Shown: positions 63,470 through 64,000 of the stretch, piece after piece | Layout of the letters: every line of letters begins with the position of its first letter | How positions within the stretch are numbered: position 1 is the stretch's first letter | DNA from: Magallana gigas | Lineage: Eukaryota | Direction of reading: 5' to 3' | Length of the DNA: 64,000 nucleotides | Assembly: GCF_963853765.1 (NCBI RefSeq) | Contig: NC_088855.1 | Span: 50,096,001-50,160,000, forward strand | Notes under the pieces: generated by a model | Told to the model about the DNA's origin: nothing | Databases searched by the model: none | Seen by the model: the letters and a program-made list of their open reading frames with translations, nothing else | Made by a program: the position numbers and the translations under genes

Positions 63470-64000
63470 GTAAATTTTCACATCATGTTCAAGTTATTTG
63501 AATATTCTTGTTGACAAACCTCTTCACTAGTCAAAGGTAACGATCCATTAATGGTGAATGGAGAAAAACAGTGGATCGTTATTCTTGACTAGTAAAGATG
63601 TTTGACAAAAGTTGGACTGTATCGTCAAAATGTATTGGGTCTTTATCCATCCATTTTTTGTCTAGTACAGTCTATTTTCAAGAGACCCATTCACAATAAC
63701 TGCAATACTGCTCTTTTGCAGGGCAAATTGATATACTTTGCCAAAGTTTTAGTAGGTAGATAATTAAATGATTTAAATGAAACAATTGAAATTACATCCT
63801 ATTTCACCAAACTATGTCATTTTGCACTACAAAAAGAGCAGTATCGCAGTGATAGTGAAGGAGTCTACAGTTTGAAGCACTCATAAAATGCAATTCAGGA
63901 GTTTCTCTATACTTTTGAACCAATGAAATTCTGATATTGGTGGTTCTGGACTGCGTTTAAGATCGTAGCAGCTATCTTTGCTGCTAGTTATCTAGGTATA

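Noticed and set aside
62511-64000. Intronic box C/D or H/ACA snoRNAs in RPL6 (FTSJ3 introns also scanned)
   Set aside because: No convincing RUGAUGA...CUGA pair with a terminal stem, or H/ACA double hairpin, found by eye; a snoscan/Infernal run would be needed.

Overview
AT-rich, intron-rich animal genomic DNA. The repeat families and frequent TACATGTA palindromes suggest an oyster (Crassostrea/Magallana); this is an inference. There is one assembly gap (40227-40359). Exons were mapped by hand, with splice phases checked. Genes in order: the 3' 20 exons of an ABCC/MRP1-like transporter (+); a frameshifted inverted paralogous exon fragment; a 3-exon four-TM claudin/PMP22-like gene (-); FTSJ3/Spb1 (+, 19 coding exons); two tandem 3-exon genes for secreted 12-Cys prokineticin/colipase-fold peptides (-), which the ORF track misses; an 8-exon type II (alternative) NADH dehydrogenase (-), an enzyme vertebrates lack; an intronless ADAT2 only 223 bp upstream of it (-); an uncharacterised zinc-finger/coiled-coil gene (+); INO80E (-); and the start of RPL6 (+). 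Introns and spacers are packed with non-autonomous DNA transposons: IS3EU-like foldback elements with 6-bp TSDs, a self-nested hAT, Helentron-type HINEs (one with a 180-bp satellite array), and Kolobok-like MITEs carrying tRNA-like promoters. The strongest leads are the peptide gene pair and the ADAT2/NDH-2 coupled locus. Family assignments come from motif recognition, not database searches.
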